Assembly: GCF_006345805.1 (NCBI RefSeq)
Contig: NC_043001.1
Coordinates: forward strand, 14,012,001 to 14,076,000
Direction: 5' to 3'
DNA length: 64,000 nucleotides
From: Octopus sinensis
Lineage: Eukaryota
Part shown: in pieces, positions 49,182 through 62,208 of the stretch
Layout of the letters: every line of letters begins with the position of its first letter
Numbering within the stretch: the stretch's first letter is position 1
The notes under the pieces: model-generated
The model's input: only the letters and a program-made list of their open reading frames with translations
Databases searched by the model: none
What the model was told of the DNA's origin: nothing
Program-made: the position numbers and the translations under genes

Positions 49182-51335
49182 CATGTTTAAAACTCTTCCT
49201 CCAAGACCATTGTGAAAGCAATAAAATATCATCGCAACAGAGCATGCAGCTGGGAAGAAGGGAGTCTGCGGATGTGCCGAGCAATTGTTAATCACCAAAA
49301 CTGTGATGTCAGAGGTGTAGGAGCGTAGACGGAACCTAGTTTCGATGTGGTTAGACTACGAGAAAGCCTTTGATTCTATTTTTAGCTATAGCTGACCTGA
49401 CTTCATCGTGGGCCATCATCTTCAAACTAAACACAAGGAGTGAGTGCTTTATCACTGATAGACTACTGTATCGCAGAGGCATATTGTAAGGGGACAGACT
49501 TTCTGTGTTATTATTTATACTTTCTGTAAACCCCTTGTCGTTCATGTTAAGGAAGTCTGAAGGATATCTCACCGGTTCAGAGGAAAACAGAAATATCAAA
49601 ATTACACACTGTGTCTTTGTGCATGACTTGAAACTATATGCAAAGAATATGTACGAGAGCAAAAAGAGCCTTGACCTAGTTACAATATTCTCAAAGGAGA
49701 TAGGGTTGGAGTTTGGTCAGGATAAATGTTGTTATATGGTTGGGAAAAGAGGGGAAATTGTAAGCCAGACTAGCAAAATCTCCATCAATGATTTGACTGT
49801 TTCCCCTATATCTGGAGGGGAATGTTTCAGGTATCTAGGGGTGGATGAAGACATATCTTACAATGGCACCTTTAACAAAACACGCGTCAGTAAAGAATAT
49901 TACGGTCGAATAAAGAAAATTTGGACCTCAGAACTCTCTGCATTCAAACAAACAGTGGGCCCACAATGTGTTTGCAGTGCCAGTACTCATATCAACATTT
50001 GGGCTGCTTGACTGGACTCTCGATGAGATCCGAGCCATTGATGTGAAAACCCAGAAGACACTAACAAGCACACATAATTTCCACATCAACAGTGACGTCG
50101 ACCGCTTCTACCTAAAACGAAAACAAGGCGGCAGAGGCTTAACATCGATCCAAAATGCCTTTGAATATCGTTTCATATCCCTTCAGTAACATCTTATAAC
50201 CACAAAGTGTCGAAGTGCATCCCATGACCAAGTTCGCATACATTAGACTGATAATATTATAAGACTTGGAAAGCAGCTCTTTGAGCAGTATTCCTGATCT
50301 GATAACCTTAAATACCTGCCCAAACAAGTCACACGCCTCTACTGCGACATATCAGATGAAAGGATGAGCGTATATTCGAAGATGACAATGCATGGAGATG
50401 TTAGTAGACTGCTCAGAGATGATAGTAACACTGATCATCAAAACAGTCTATCATGGACCAATAACTGGATTACTAACTCTCACTTTGAAGGGTATGCGTG
50501 GGCAATCCAAGAACAAGAACTAGCAACCAAATACCTAATGTACAAAAGGGACAGAGATACAAAAAATGTAGTTAAATGTGACAACCGATGCAGACTTTGT
50601 GAAGTTAACACCGAAGATTTCACCCACATTATGAGCAGTTGTCCGAAAGTGTCAACACGGTTTAATCTACCGATGAGACATTATGCTGTTGCTAGGACAC
50701 TCTCTAACGAGACCCGTCGAAAGGATAACCAGGAGACAAAGAAATAAGAACCCACAATGTAGTGGAAGCCATATCCACTCATAGTAAAAAGGAATACTGG
50801 TGGAATATCCCAGTGAAAACCTCAATAAAGTGTAAGCACAACAGACCTGATATAATGATTTGGGAAAAATAAAAGAAACTGTGTACAGTTGTGGAAATTA
50901 GCTGCCCAGCAGATGTTAACATAAGGCTGAAGATCGGTTAAAAAGAGAATACCTACGCTGAACTATTGAGAAATCTGCAGTTACTCGATCCAGATTATAA
51001 GTTCAGGTTTATACATGTAATTATTGGTGCCCTGAGATATGTAACACACTGCCTAAATATCACTCTTGAGAAATTAGGCTTCTCAAAACCAGAAAGGAGA
51101 AAGCTAGTTCGAAGACAACTGTGAAGATCTGTAAAACTTTCCAGCAGTTTAAATATACATGAGCATGTCTAGATATGCAACTACATGCATGGGAATACAT
51201 ACATACATAAAGCAAAACATACTAATCAGCACCTATACATACATACAAAAATACCGTGTTGTTGATGGATTTATGTTGGAAACCGACTCTTTCTCTATTG
51301 GCAATAGATCTTGATATAAAACTAAAAAATGACAT
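49180..51335 (+). mobile_element. R4/Dong-type non-LTR retrotransposon D1 (RT to RLE plus 3' UTR), 5'-truncated and decayed
   Basis: GCAEQLLI, WLDYEKAFDS, LLFILSVNPL, ITHCVFVHDLKLY, EFGQDKC, FRYLGV, CRLC/THIMSSC, RPDIMIW, IIGAL. Confidence 0.92.
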
Positions 51336-51363
51336 ACATTTATACATGCACACACACACACAC

Positions 51364-51404
<41 letters not shown>

Positions 51405-51645
51405 TTATATGTTGCATTATATTCAATATGGTCGTAAAAGTCATTTAGCGTTGGTATCTGAGGTTGTAGAAATAAATTGAATTTCAAATTGTCAAAATAA
51501 ATTCCCCAGATTACCATAAAAAATGCATCTCGGTATACGAAGCATAATTGCCATTTGCTCTCTTCATCTATGAATTCAAATTGCATGTGTATGTGTGTAT
51601 GAGCTTGTATGCGTGCGTGTGTGTGTGGATAGATAGCTAGCTAGC

Positions 51646-51758
<113 letters not shown>

Positions 51759-51818
51759 ATTAGATAGATAGATAATAATTAGATAGATAGATAGAGATAG
51801 ATAGATAATAATTAGATA

Positions 51819-51985
51819 TGTTTCTTTATTAGCCACACAGGGCTGCATACAGACAGGACAAATTACAAGGTAGAGCTTTTCTTTTGGGGGTAAAAAGGGG
51901 GTTTGGTTTTCGATCAAAAGGGATCGTAAAGGGAAAGAAAGAGGACAAAAAAAGGGGGGAATAAAATTTTAAAAAGGGGGGGGAA
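51819..51985 (-). mobile_element. Family I LINE 3' end (Tx1-like) in (GATA)n
   Basis: Tail gcagccctgtgtggctaataaagaaaca; copies at 55904 and 63500. Confidence 0.65.
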
Positions 51986-52134
51986 GATAGATACGTACAT
52001 ACATTTTTTGTTAAATTTTGAAACATTTTGTTAAATTCAATAATTTGCTACTAAATTTAAATATCAATGCAAAAATTGAGTTTTCCTACTAAAACAAATG
52101 GCCATCCCAACAAGTTCCTATTATTAGGAGCGGC

Positions 52135-52345
52135 TTAAGCGGCGAGCTGGCAGAATCATTTGCGTGCCGAACAAAGCGCTTAGTAGTATTTCGTCCGGCT
52201 GTACCTTCAAATTCCGTCGAGATCGACTTTGCTTTTAATCGTTTCGGGGTCGATAAAATAAATACCAGCTGAGTACTGGGGTCGATGTAATCGATTTTGC
52301 CCTCCTCTGAAGTTGCAGGACAAAATCCGGAATCGTTATAAGGAG
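52135..52345 (+). mobile_element. SINE-B, tail 2
   Basis: Head ggcggcgagctggcagaatc. Confidence 0.75.
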
Positions 52346-52409
52346 CGACTTTTAAACGTTGAGCTGAGCGTCTATCAGTTAGTACTTCTTTCATAGCCGC
52401 GGATATGGC

Positions 52410-52938
52410 CGAATGTATAACTGGTACTTATGTAATCGACCCCGAAAGGATAAAAGGCAAAGTCGACAGCGGCGGAATTTGAACTCAGAACGTAAAGAAG
52501 AGCGAAATATTGCTAAGCATTGTGCTCGGCGTACTCTAATGATTCTTCCAGCAGACTGCAATAATAATAATAATAATAATAATAATAATCCTTTCTATTA
52601 TAGGCACAAGGCCTGAAATTTGGAGGAGAGGGAATTTTGATTACATCGACCCCCAGGGCGTAACTGGTACTTATTTAATCGAGCCCGAAAGGATAAAAGG
52701 CAAAGTGAATAATAATAATAATAATAATAATTTTTTTCTACTATAGGCACAAGGCCTTAAATTTTGAGGGAGGGGACAAGTCAGTTACATCAACGTTCAG
52801 CGATCCTTATTTTATCGACTTTGAAAAGATGGAAGGCAAATTCAATCTCGGCGGAATTTGAACTCAGAACGTGAAGACGGACGAAATGCCGCCAAGCATT
52901 TTGTCCGGCGGGCTAACGATTCTGCAAGCTCGCCGCCG
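52410..52938 (-). mobile_element. Three SINE-B pieces separated by (AAT)n
   Basis: Units at ~52410-52545, 52589-52710 and 52732-52938. Confidence 0.75.
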
Positions 52939-53007
52939 TAGTATTAGTAACAATAATAATAACAATAATAATAACAATAATAATAACAATAATAATAATA
53001 ATAACAA

Positions 53008-53690
53008 CTATGAGATGAGAAAGAATGGGTACCGTCTCAACCACCTTCCTTTCATGAATGATTTAAAACTGTTCGCAAAAACAGAGCCTAAAATGGAGAT
53101 GCGGGTAGAGACTGTGCAATTGTGCAGCAAGGTTACAGGGGTGGAATTCGGTATCTCCAAGGTTGCGGTGCTCACTTTGAAGCGGGGGAAAAGAGTGAAT
53201 TGCAGGGACATAGAATTTCCAAACGGAGAGAGAATGGAAGACCCGGATGATGATGGGTACAAGTACCTTGGGACCCTGGAGCTGGACAATATCTTGCACA
53301 GAGAAATGAAAGACAAGATCATTACCGCATATTTCAAGCGCCTCAAACTTCTCTTGAAATCAAAGCTCAACTCAAGGAACCTTGTGATTTCCATCAACAT
53401 ATGGGCTCTTGCGGCAGTCCGCTATAGGGCACCGATCCTGAGATGGACACAAGTGGAGACTGAACAACTCGATCGCACTACCTCAAAGACAATGATAATA
53501 CATGATGCACTCCACCCTAAGATAAATATACACAGGCTCTACATGAGGAGAAGTAAGGGTGGACGTGGGCTGATTAACGTACGGGAATGCATCAACAGTG
53601 AAAGAAGAAACATGGCAGAATATTTTGGTAAGCAGCAAACAAGACCTACTACAGTATGCTGCTAATGCAGAAGTTAAAAACCCAAGAAAA
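53008..53690 (+). mobile_element. R4/Dong-type RT fragment, second family D2
   Basis: RLNHLPFMNDLKLF, VEFGISK, YKYLGTLE, INIWALAAVRY, RLYMRRSKGGRGL. Confidence 0.88.
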
Positions 53691-54169
53691 AACATGTTCT
53701 TTCGTACTTTTAGGATTTGACTGCCATTTCTAGCATGTAAAAAGTGCACGTAGTGGTTTTCTCTCCGTGTATGTTTCATACATACACACAGTGTGTGTGT
53801 GTGTGTGTGTGATATATGCAAATTTAATCTCAACTACAGTATATTAGCTGTCATATGACTGGTGATTTTGAAAGTGTCCTTTTTCCGCCATAATTTAACT
53901 GCTCTTAAATGTCTTGCCGCTTATACACAATAATGAAATGGATACACATTTTAAACGAAAAGTTCAATAAATCAAATTTCTCATTCGTATATTTGCAATA
54001 AATATATGTGTATTAGTTTTCTAAATTTTATCAACAAATTTGCAGTCTAGTACATTGACAATGCATTTCTTCAAAAGATTTATTATAAATATATAATTTA
54101 CAGAAAGTTATATCAAACGGTGGGTCGCCAACCTGGATAACCACATCGGTTGTTAACACACTCTATATT

Positions 54170-54206
<37 letters not shown>

Positions 54207-54331
54207 CATGGCTGAAGAACTATACAAACCTAAGTTGTTTCCACTGCACATTATAATCGACTTATCCCCAATCCCTGAAATTGCTGGCCTTTATACCAAA
54301 ATTGAAGCCATTATTGTTATTATTATTATCA

Positions 54332-54520
54332 TTGTGGAGGTGCAATGTCCCAGTAGTTAGGGCAGCCTTTTCGCACTCTGTGTCACGCTGAATCTCTCCG
54401 AGAACTACGTTAAGGGTACACGTGTCTGGAGTGCTCAACCACTTTCGCGTTAATTTCACGAGCAGGCTATTCCATTGATCGGATCAACTAGAACCCTCGT
54501 CGTCGTAACCGATAGAATGC
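54332..54520 (+). mobile_element. SINE-C internal-deletion derivative (A-box head joined directly to T1)
   Basis: ggaggtgcaatgtcccagtagttagggcagcc joined to the T1 tail. Confidence 0.75.
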
Positions 54521-55843
54521 TACAATTTGCCTGCAATAATTTGAATAATTGTTAGTATAAAATGTGTAGCTAAAATAGCACTTCTATGCAAAATTATTGT
54601 TGCGTCATATGGTAGCTTCCTGGCGATAAACAGATGTTACCCCGTTCGCCTCCTGTGCATACTTACGCACAGTGTATGACAAAGACTTCAGAAAACATAA
54701 GACAACATTGAAATAAAGATTTCTTCCAATATTCGAACATAACTGATGCTGTTGACACATTAGTTTTAACTGCAAAAAATTCTCCACAAAACCATGTTGA
54801 AATTTATCACTTTGCCAATTGTTTTTTTATATGAATGCGTCAGCATTTTTAAACCATTAGTAACGCCATTAAGGTGGCTTGTGTCAAAGAGTTCATAAAT
54901 AAACGATGATGAAAATTTATCGAATTAATGCATTTTACCTATCAACAGTCGATAATATTGAGTATGAGAGCTGAAACAACAAAGACAAAAAAAGCAATTT
55001 CTGTTTTAGATTCCTCGCTGTATGTTCAAATCGACACCAACACCACCAACAACACCAGCACCATTCTACGCCTTTTGCTTCATAACTGCTCTTCTGAATT
55101 CAGTGTAAAAACAGCAAATAACAACACTTAGCTGAGTAACAACAATACATCAAAAGTACAATAATACAATATATGTAGATGTGTGAGAATGCGTATATGT
55201 ATATATATATATATATATATGCGTGTGTGTGTGTGTAAACACACATATATCACTCAGACATATTTACATGAATGTGTGTACCAGTGCATGTTATGTGTGT
55301 ATATATATATATATTAAAATTAATCAAAGGCCATAATATGTATGTCTACTTGCTGGAAATAACATTCAAAACTCTTATTTAAATCACCGAAATACGCTGA
55401 TAATAACTACAGAAATCAACCGTCCGAAGGTAACGCGTATGGGGGAAGGTTAGGCTATTTTGCCAGTCCAGAAACCGGTCCACGTGAGTCCAAATACTTG
55501 AATGTATGATGAGAGATTTGTCTTAGCCCGTTTGCCTTCAGACGGTTATTTCTGTAGTTATTATCAATGTATTTTGGCAATTTAAATAAGAGTTTGAGTA
55601 TTATTTGCAGCAGGTAGACATAGTATGTCCTTTGATTTTAATCCTTTAGCTATTTAAAGATTTTTGGGGTCTTGCAATCGCCTACATAATTGATTCCTTT
55701 ATTTATCATTTTTAAATTGTTACACCAGATAATAACAGAGTCAATGATATCTTCGCAAATAATTTTTCTCGTGAATTATTTATTCTGTATTGAAAGGAAG
55801 GAAGGAAAGAAGGAAGATAGATAGATAGATAGATAGATTGGTT

Positions 55844-55903
<60 letters not shown>

Positions 55904-56326
55904 TGTTTCTTTATTAGCCATACAGGGCTGCACACAGACAGAACAAATTACAAGGTAGAGCTTTTTTTGGGGGGGTAAAAAAAATGGGGTTGGTTTTCGA
56001 TCAAAAGGGATCGTAAAAGGAAAGAAAGAGGACAAAAAAGGGGAGGATTTTAAAAAAGGGGGGGAGGAAAAAAAGAAAAGGGGAGAGGAAAAAAGTGGAT
56101 CAATAGGGATCGTAATCACAGAAATGTCAATATGAAGTGTAAAGGGGGGGCAGGTGAGGTTTACCCGTGGAAAGAAAAGCCTACGGAAAAGACCACGGTA
56201 ACCTCCGTCAATGAAGTCACATGTTATATTTCATTTTTTTTTTTTTGCAAATAAGCAACTCTGTATTAAATTTTACGGTTCATAGAATCATAGTCAAGGT
56301 GGCTTCGTCATTCATACGTGCCATCC
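55904..56326 (-). mobile_element. Family I LINE 3' end: last codons of an ORF (MARMNDEATLTMIL*) plus 3' UTR
   Basis: Stop at 56280-56282; tail shared with 51819; flanked by a duplicated (GATA)n block. Tx1 assignment is inferred. Confidence 0.7.
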
Positions 56327-56343
56327 AGATAGATAGATTGGTT

Positions 56344-56407
<64 letters not shown>

Positions 56408-56497
56408 CCTTGGTAAAGGGGATATGTTTAATTCGTTTTGTTGTTTTATTGCAGTTGTGAATTATGTTTCATTATTGCATCCCTTAAGGCTACTTCT

Positions 56498-56700
56498 AGG
56501 GCGGCGAGCTGGCAGAAACGTTAGCTCGCCGGGCGAAATGCTTAGCGGTCTTTATGTTCTGAGCTCAAAATTCCACCGAGGTTAACTTTGCCTTTCATCC
56601 TTTCAGGATCGATAAATTAAGTACCAGTTGCGTACTGGGATCGATCTAATTGACTGGTCCCCTCCCCAAAGAGTTTGGGCCTTGTCCTAGAGAAGAAAAT
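56498..56700 (+). mobile_element. SINE-B, tail 2
   Basis: Head and tail 2. Confidence 0.85.
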
Positions 56701-57459
56701 ATTAAGGCTACTTCTGTTTGTTTTTTTCTTTGTCAAATTTATTGAGGTATGTATCGCAATGTCGTTTCAGATATTAGAATCAAATGTCAGCGTGTATTTT
56801 GTCTAACTACTCCTGTAAGTACAGAAGTAGACAGACAGGGAGGCAGGCAAGCAGGTAGGTAGGTAGGTAGGTAAGTTTCTAGAATCAGCACTTTGCGACT
56901 TCTTGCCCCATGATCACATTTCAGAAAACTTGATGCTTCCTCATCATTTATGCAAAGAAAAATTTGCTGTTTAAAAGATATATTTCCCCCATTTGAATAT
57001 TATGAATACGTGCAATAATTGATACACGATGCTAGGAAAGAAACTTGATATTAAAGTTAATTATAATACTTTCTCGAAATAAAACTTTGTAGTCGAAAAG
57101 TTTACAATTTTAAATTCACAAAAATGTAATTTAATCAATAATACCATTTTAGAGAACACGATGTTGCATAAAATATACAGCAAATCTAAAGTCGACAGAC
57201 CTCAAGTTAGAGATCTGTCTGAATTTGATGCTTAATTAGAAATGGTTTAAATGTCAGACTTCAATCACAAGTCTCAATATTTTATAACATCGAAATATTT
57301 ACTTTTGTTTTTCTACGGCAAGTCACAACACTCTCTCGAACTACATTTCACCAGATATGAAGATGCTAATGGTAACAGAGGTTCGCTCACCAAACGAGTA
57401 GGTAGACAGAATTGGCCTCATCACAGACCCACACTATGCTTCCTTTTTTCCGCAAGGAG

Positions 57460-57600
57460 GTGCGCTGGCAGAATTGTTTGCACGCCAAGCGAAATAATTA
57501 GCGGTGTTTCGTCTGATTTTATGTTGAGTTCAAATTCCCCCGAGGCCGACTTTACCTTTCATTCTTTCGGGATCGATAAAATAAGTACTTGTTGAGCACT
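57460..57600 (+). mobile_element. SINE-B, diverged, 3'-truncated
   Basis: Degenerate head and body. Confidence 0.65.
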
Positions 57601-57776
57601 AGAGTATAAAAAAGAATGCTTCCTTTTTGCCAAGCCATGTCGAACCAGTGTAGCAGAATAGGCTCGGTAAACCAGTATAGTCTCAAACTCAAAATTCCCG
57701 GTCTCCACATCGGACTATGGTTGATGGAGAGAACATACTGAGGACTTCATCCTACAGGGAGCTGAACAGAGGCAAT

Positions 57777-58005
57777 CCTATTTCTTTACTACCCACAAGG
57801 GGCTAAACATAGAGGGGACAAACAAGGACAGACATAGATATTAAGTCGATTATATCGACCCCAGTGCGTAACGGGTACTTAATTTATCGACCCCGAAAGG
57901 AGGAAAGGCAAAGTCGACCTCGGCGCAATTTGAACTCAGAACGTTACGGCAGATGAAATACGGCTAAGCATTTCGCCCGGCGTGCTAACGTTTCTGCCAG
58001 TTCGC
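57777..58005 (-). mobile_element. SINE-B monomer, tail 1
   Basis: Head, body and tail. Confidence 0.88.
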
Positions 58006-58129
58006 AATCCAATACAAAAATATTTTTCACAGACTGATTTTTTTTTTAATTAAGTTCTGTGTTTAATTGCACAGAAGTTTCTCTGGGATCACATATTTCA
58101 GCAACAGTGGTTCGACGTTTTATACCTTA

Positions 58130-58290
58130 CTCCTTGTAGTCACTGAAATGCGGCCATGTTGGGACTTCGCTTTAAAGGATTGAGTCAAATTGATTCCAGT
58201 ACTTACTTTTTTAAAAGCTTAGTACTTATTCTATCTCTTTTGTCGAACCGGGGATGGAAATAAACCAACGCCAGATGTCAGGCTATGGTG
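58130..58290 (-). mobile_element. Old SINE-A 3' fragment
   Basis: Degenerate tail motifs. Confidence 0.5.
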
Positions 58291-58497
58291 AGAGGCAAAT
58301 TACAAAGACACACTCACAATTACAAAGACTACACAGAAATTATTCACAGCAAGATCGAACCACAACGGTTTCTCGAAGTCCTCCTTACACTGAGGAACTG
58401 GTGAATCACGTGTATAACGGATGCGCTTCGCTTAAAAGTAAGAGGTATTTTCCGGTGAAGAAAACAAACAGTGACAAGATATTCACGTTCGAATCTG

Positions 58498-58917
58498 AAA
58501 GGCGGCGAGCTGCCAGAAACGTTAGCCCACCGGGCGAAATACTGAGAGGTATTTCGTCTGCCGCTACGTTCTGAGTTCAAATTCCGCAGAGGTCGACTTT
58601 GCCTTTCATCCTTTCGGGGTCGATTAAATAAGTACCAGTTGCGCACTGGCGTCGATGTAATCGACTTAATCCGTTTGTCTGTCCTTGTTTGTCCCCTCTG
58701 TGTTTAGCCCCTTGTGGGTAGTAAAGAAATAGGTATTTCGTCTACCGTTACGTTCTGAGTTCAAACTACGCCGAGGTCGACTTTGCCTTTCATCCTTTCG
58801 GGGTCGATTAAATAAGTACCAATTGCGCACTGGCGTCGATGTAATCGACTTAATCCGTTTGTCTGTCCTTGTTTGTCCCCTCTGTGTTTAACCCCTTGTG
58901 GGTAGTAAAGAAATAGG
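58498..58917 (+). mobile_element. SINE-B dimer with 18-bp TSD
   Basis: tattcacgttcgaatctg at 58480-58497 and 58918-58935; 184-bp period. Confidence 0.92.
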
Positions 58918-58984
58918 TATTCACGTTCGAATCTGCTAGAACTTATCAAGAAAGAATAGATACGTTATAATTATTCCAAAATAA

Positions 58985-60050
58985 TTCCAAAAAGGTAATA
59001 CTGCTAGAAATGAAGCTAGAAACCTTTGTCTTTGGATTTATGAGAGTCACGTTGGTTCTATGAAGTTACTTGTTTAACACATTCAGCTTTGCAAACATCT
59101 CTAACAAATTATTCACATAAAACTTAGTCATTACTTGTTACTATTTCAAACAAAGCTTCACTTAAGTTAAATCCTTCGAAAAGTCCCCAAAAATGTCAAA
59201 TGGTTCCATGGAAGTTTTGATATTGTTAGGTACATTATCAAAACGCGCGAGATTAATGTGCCATTACACATTATTAATCTTCCTCTCTTGTCTATCATTA
59301 TAGAAACACTTTAAAGAGACGTTCACATTTATTATTTGCTTTGATAATATTGAGGCATTTTATTACTAACTTATATCTCACTTAAAACAGATCAAACGTT
59401 TTAAACAAGTAAATTTTCTCTATAAGTAGCACAATATTTCAATAACTTCCTGAAAATGTCCCCTTTCGCTAATTTAAACAACCATTTTTCTTACCCATCA
59501 AAGCAAGTGCATCATCTTCCATACAAAATTCGTTGTTTTCCAGTAGAATTTTGATGTCACTTGACTAGTTTTTATGTTTAATATAGATATCAATGGCGGC
59601 AGGACTGCTTCATAACATACGGAAAATAACTTTTCAAAATGTTTCATGATCAATATATTTCATAGATGCCTGCAATATGGCCTCACTGTTTCTTACAGTA
59701 TATTTATCCACCTGTAATGTTAGTATCATTGATTTTTTAAACTTTTCAATAACCTCTGCTTCAATTTCCCTCTAGAGTATGATTTTGTGCAGTGAACAAA
59801 AGATCTGATTGTTTTACTTTCAAACTTATTTCTTTTATTTATTCGAAACGTTCCAGTTTTGAACTTAAATGAAAGCTGTTTTGCTTTCAAATGAGCCCCC
59901 AGACGGTTGCATTTCATCGACTGTTGCAACATTTAGGGAATAACAATAAAAGAAAAAGCGTCTTCGTTTGTCATGTATAAAACCGAGCTTCAAATATTGT
60001 TCTACAGTCTGACGAAGTTTTGTTTGGCTTCACTTGGTAGGTTTAAATCA
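58985..60050 (-). pseudogene. hAT (Charlie/Buster, ZBED5/8-like) transposase relic
   Basis: YLKLGFI, SMKCNRLGAHLKAK, IEAEVIEKFKKS..LQVD, ALMGKKNGCL, VIKCLNIIKAN.KCERLFK; many stops. Confidence 0.8.
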
Positions 60051-60255
60051 TGGAGTCAATAAATGCACAGAGAAATAAAATACTTTGTCAATAACATGCA
60101 AAATAAAGTAAAATGTAGTTTCTAGTGATTTAATAATACACATACACACACATATATATATAAATACAAACGCATACGTACATATACATAGATACACATA
60201 AATATAGAGAGAGATACATGTACATATGTATATATATCTATATACATATATAGGT

Positions 60256-60300
<45 letters not shown>

Positions 60301-60345
60301 ATACGTACGTAATGTAATCAATTTGATAACATAGTCGATATATAT

Positions 60346-60388
<43 letters not shown>

Positions 60389-60429
60389 ATCTGTTTATAT
60401 ATATTTGTATATATATATATATATATATA

Positions 60430-60590
60430 GGGAGAATTCACAAAAAAAGCAAAAGATGAAGACAGATGTAATAGTTTAACGCTCGGGAAGTGAAAAAGTT
60501 TTTAAAGTTCGAGCCTACGCTCTTCCACACACAGGAACACAGGTAGAAACAAGGAGAGAAAATAAAGAATGTGTAGAGGCTAGCGATATA
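60430..60590 (-). mobile_element. Family F copy, degenerate
   Basis: gttcgagcctacgctcttc. Confidence 0.6.
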
Positions 60591-60657
60591 TATATACACA
60601 CACACACATATATATATATACATATATAAGTGTGTGTATATATATATATATATGTGA

Positions 60658-60697
<40 letters not shown>

Positions 60698-61378
60698 GTG
60701 TGTGTATATATATATATATATACACACATATATGTGTGTGTGTATATATATTTATATGTGTGTGTGTATATATGTGTGTGTGTATATATATGTGTGTGTG
60801 TGTGTGTTGAGTATTGCTGTCTGGGAGATATCTTATGGCAGTAGAATAGTAGTTTAACTGCTATTTCTAAATTTCAGTATGTGGGGAAGCAAATTTTGCT
60901 GCACCCTAATTATAATTATCAGTTTTAATTTATAGGCTAGTTTATAAACTATCCTATAAATTAAAACTGACCCCCCCCCAATTTAATCTAAATAACAGAA
61001 GTAATCAGGAAAAAGCAGTGTCTTTTTTTTTTTAATTTCAGTTACAACTATGATGTTGTTGATAAAACATGTTCTTTGTCTATCTCCTTATCTTCTTGGA
61101 GATTTTGGGTAAAAGTATACTAATGTGTCCTTCAAATTTTATTAAATTATATGTCTTTGTGCAGCTGAAGATTGGTCTACATTTTAAATTGATGTAATGT
61201 TTGCATTGTTCAATTAAATGGAGTCGCATGAAACGATCGTACTGCATTACCTCTGGATATCTTTATTGCTTATTTTGACTATAATCACCTTATTTTAAAT
61301 TGTATGGATTTAAAATACTAAATTCTGGTGTCTTCAACTTAATTACCATATTCATCTGAATCTAAATTTTTACTGAAC

Positions 61379-61429
<51 letters not shown>

Positions 61430-61487
61430 TATATATATGTTGTATTTGGGGATGGTGATGTTGCCCGTTTATCCAATAAAAACACAC

Positions 61488-61903
61488 GGGAGTGATATGC
61501 AGTGATATACATCTGGAAAATCCTAGAACTTGGCACTGAACGTTACTCAAACTGCAGAGCAGGGCGCCACTGCATTGTGCCAAAGATCCCAGCATCACCA
61601 TCAAAATACAGGACCAGATACTGCAACAGCTTGGGCTTCAAGGGCCCACAATTCTTTAATATCCTTCAAAAATTTCTGAGAAACCTGCATGGTGTGGATG
61701 TAAGTATCTTTAAAACAGGTTGTTACAGGTTCCAGACGAGCCCACCTCACGGCAGGAAACACAGATGAGGGCAGCGGCATCAAACTCCCTCATTCACCAA
61801 ATGCCACATATCAGAGGAGGTTTCAAATAATTGTGTAGCTCAGTCAATGGTGGTGCTCCAGCATGACCGCAGCTTTAAAGCTGAAATATGTTAAAATTAA
61901 AAT
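61488..61903 (+). mobile_element. 5'-truncated CR1/L2-group LINE 3' end
   Basis: RE*YAVIYIWKIL, SLGFKGPQFFNIL..FLRN, VPDEP..AASNSL-like end; tail matches SINE-A. Confidence 0.8.
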
Positions 61904-61963
61904 ATATGTATATATATGTATATGTTTGTGTATACGTGTGTATATATATGTATGTGTGTGTGT

Positions 61964-61996
<33 letters not shown>

Positions 61997-62001
61997 TATA
62001 T

Positions 62002-62170
62002 GGAGTGGCTGTGTGGTAATTAGCTTGTTTACCAACCACATGGTTCCGGGTTCAGTCCCACTGTGTGGCACCTTGGGCAAGTGTCTTCTACTATAGCCTT
62101 GGGTCGACCAAAGCCTTGTGAGTGGATTTGGTAGACGGAAACTGAAAGAAGCCCGTCGTATATATATATG

Positions 62171-62208
<38 letters not shown>

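Noticed and set aside
60007-60035. Apparent + strand mini-exon (tacag...ttg|gtaggt)
   Set aside because: Lies within the minus-strand hAT transposase relic.
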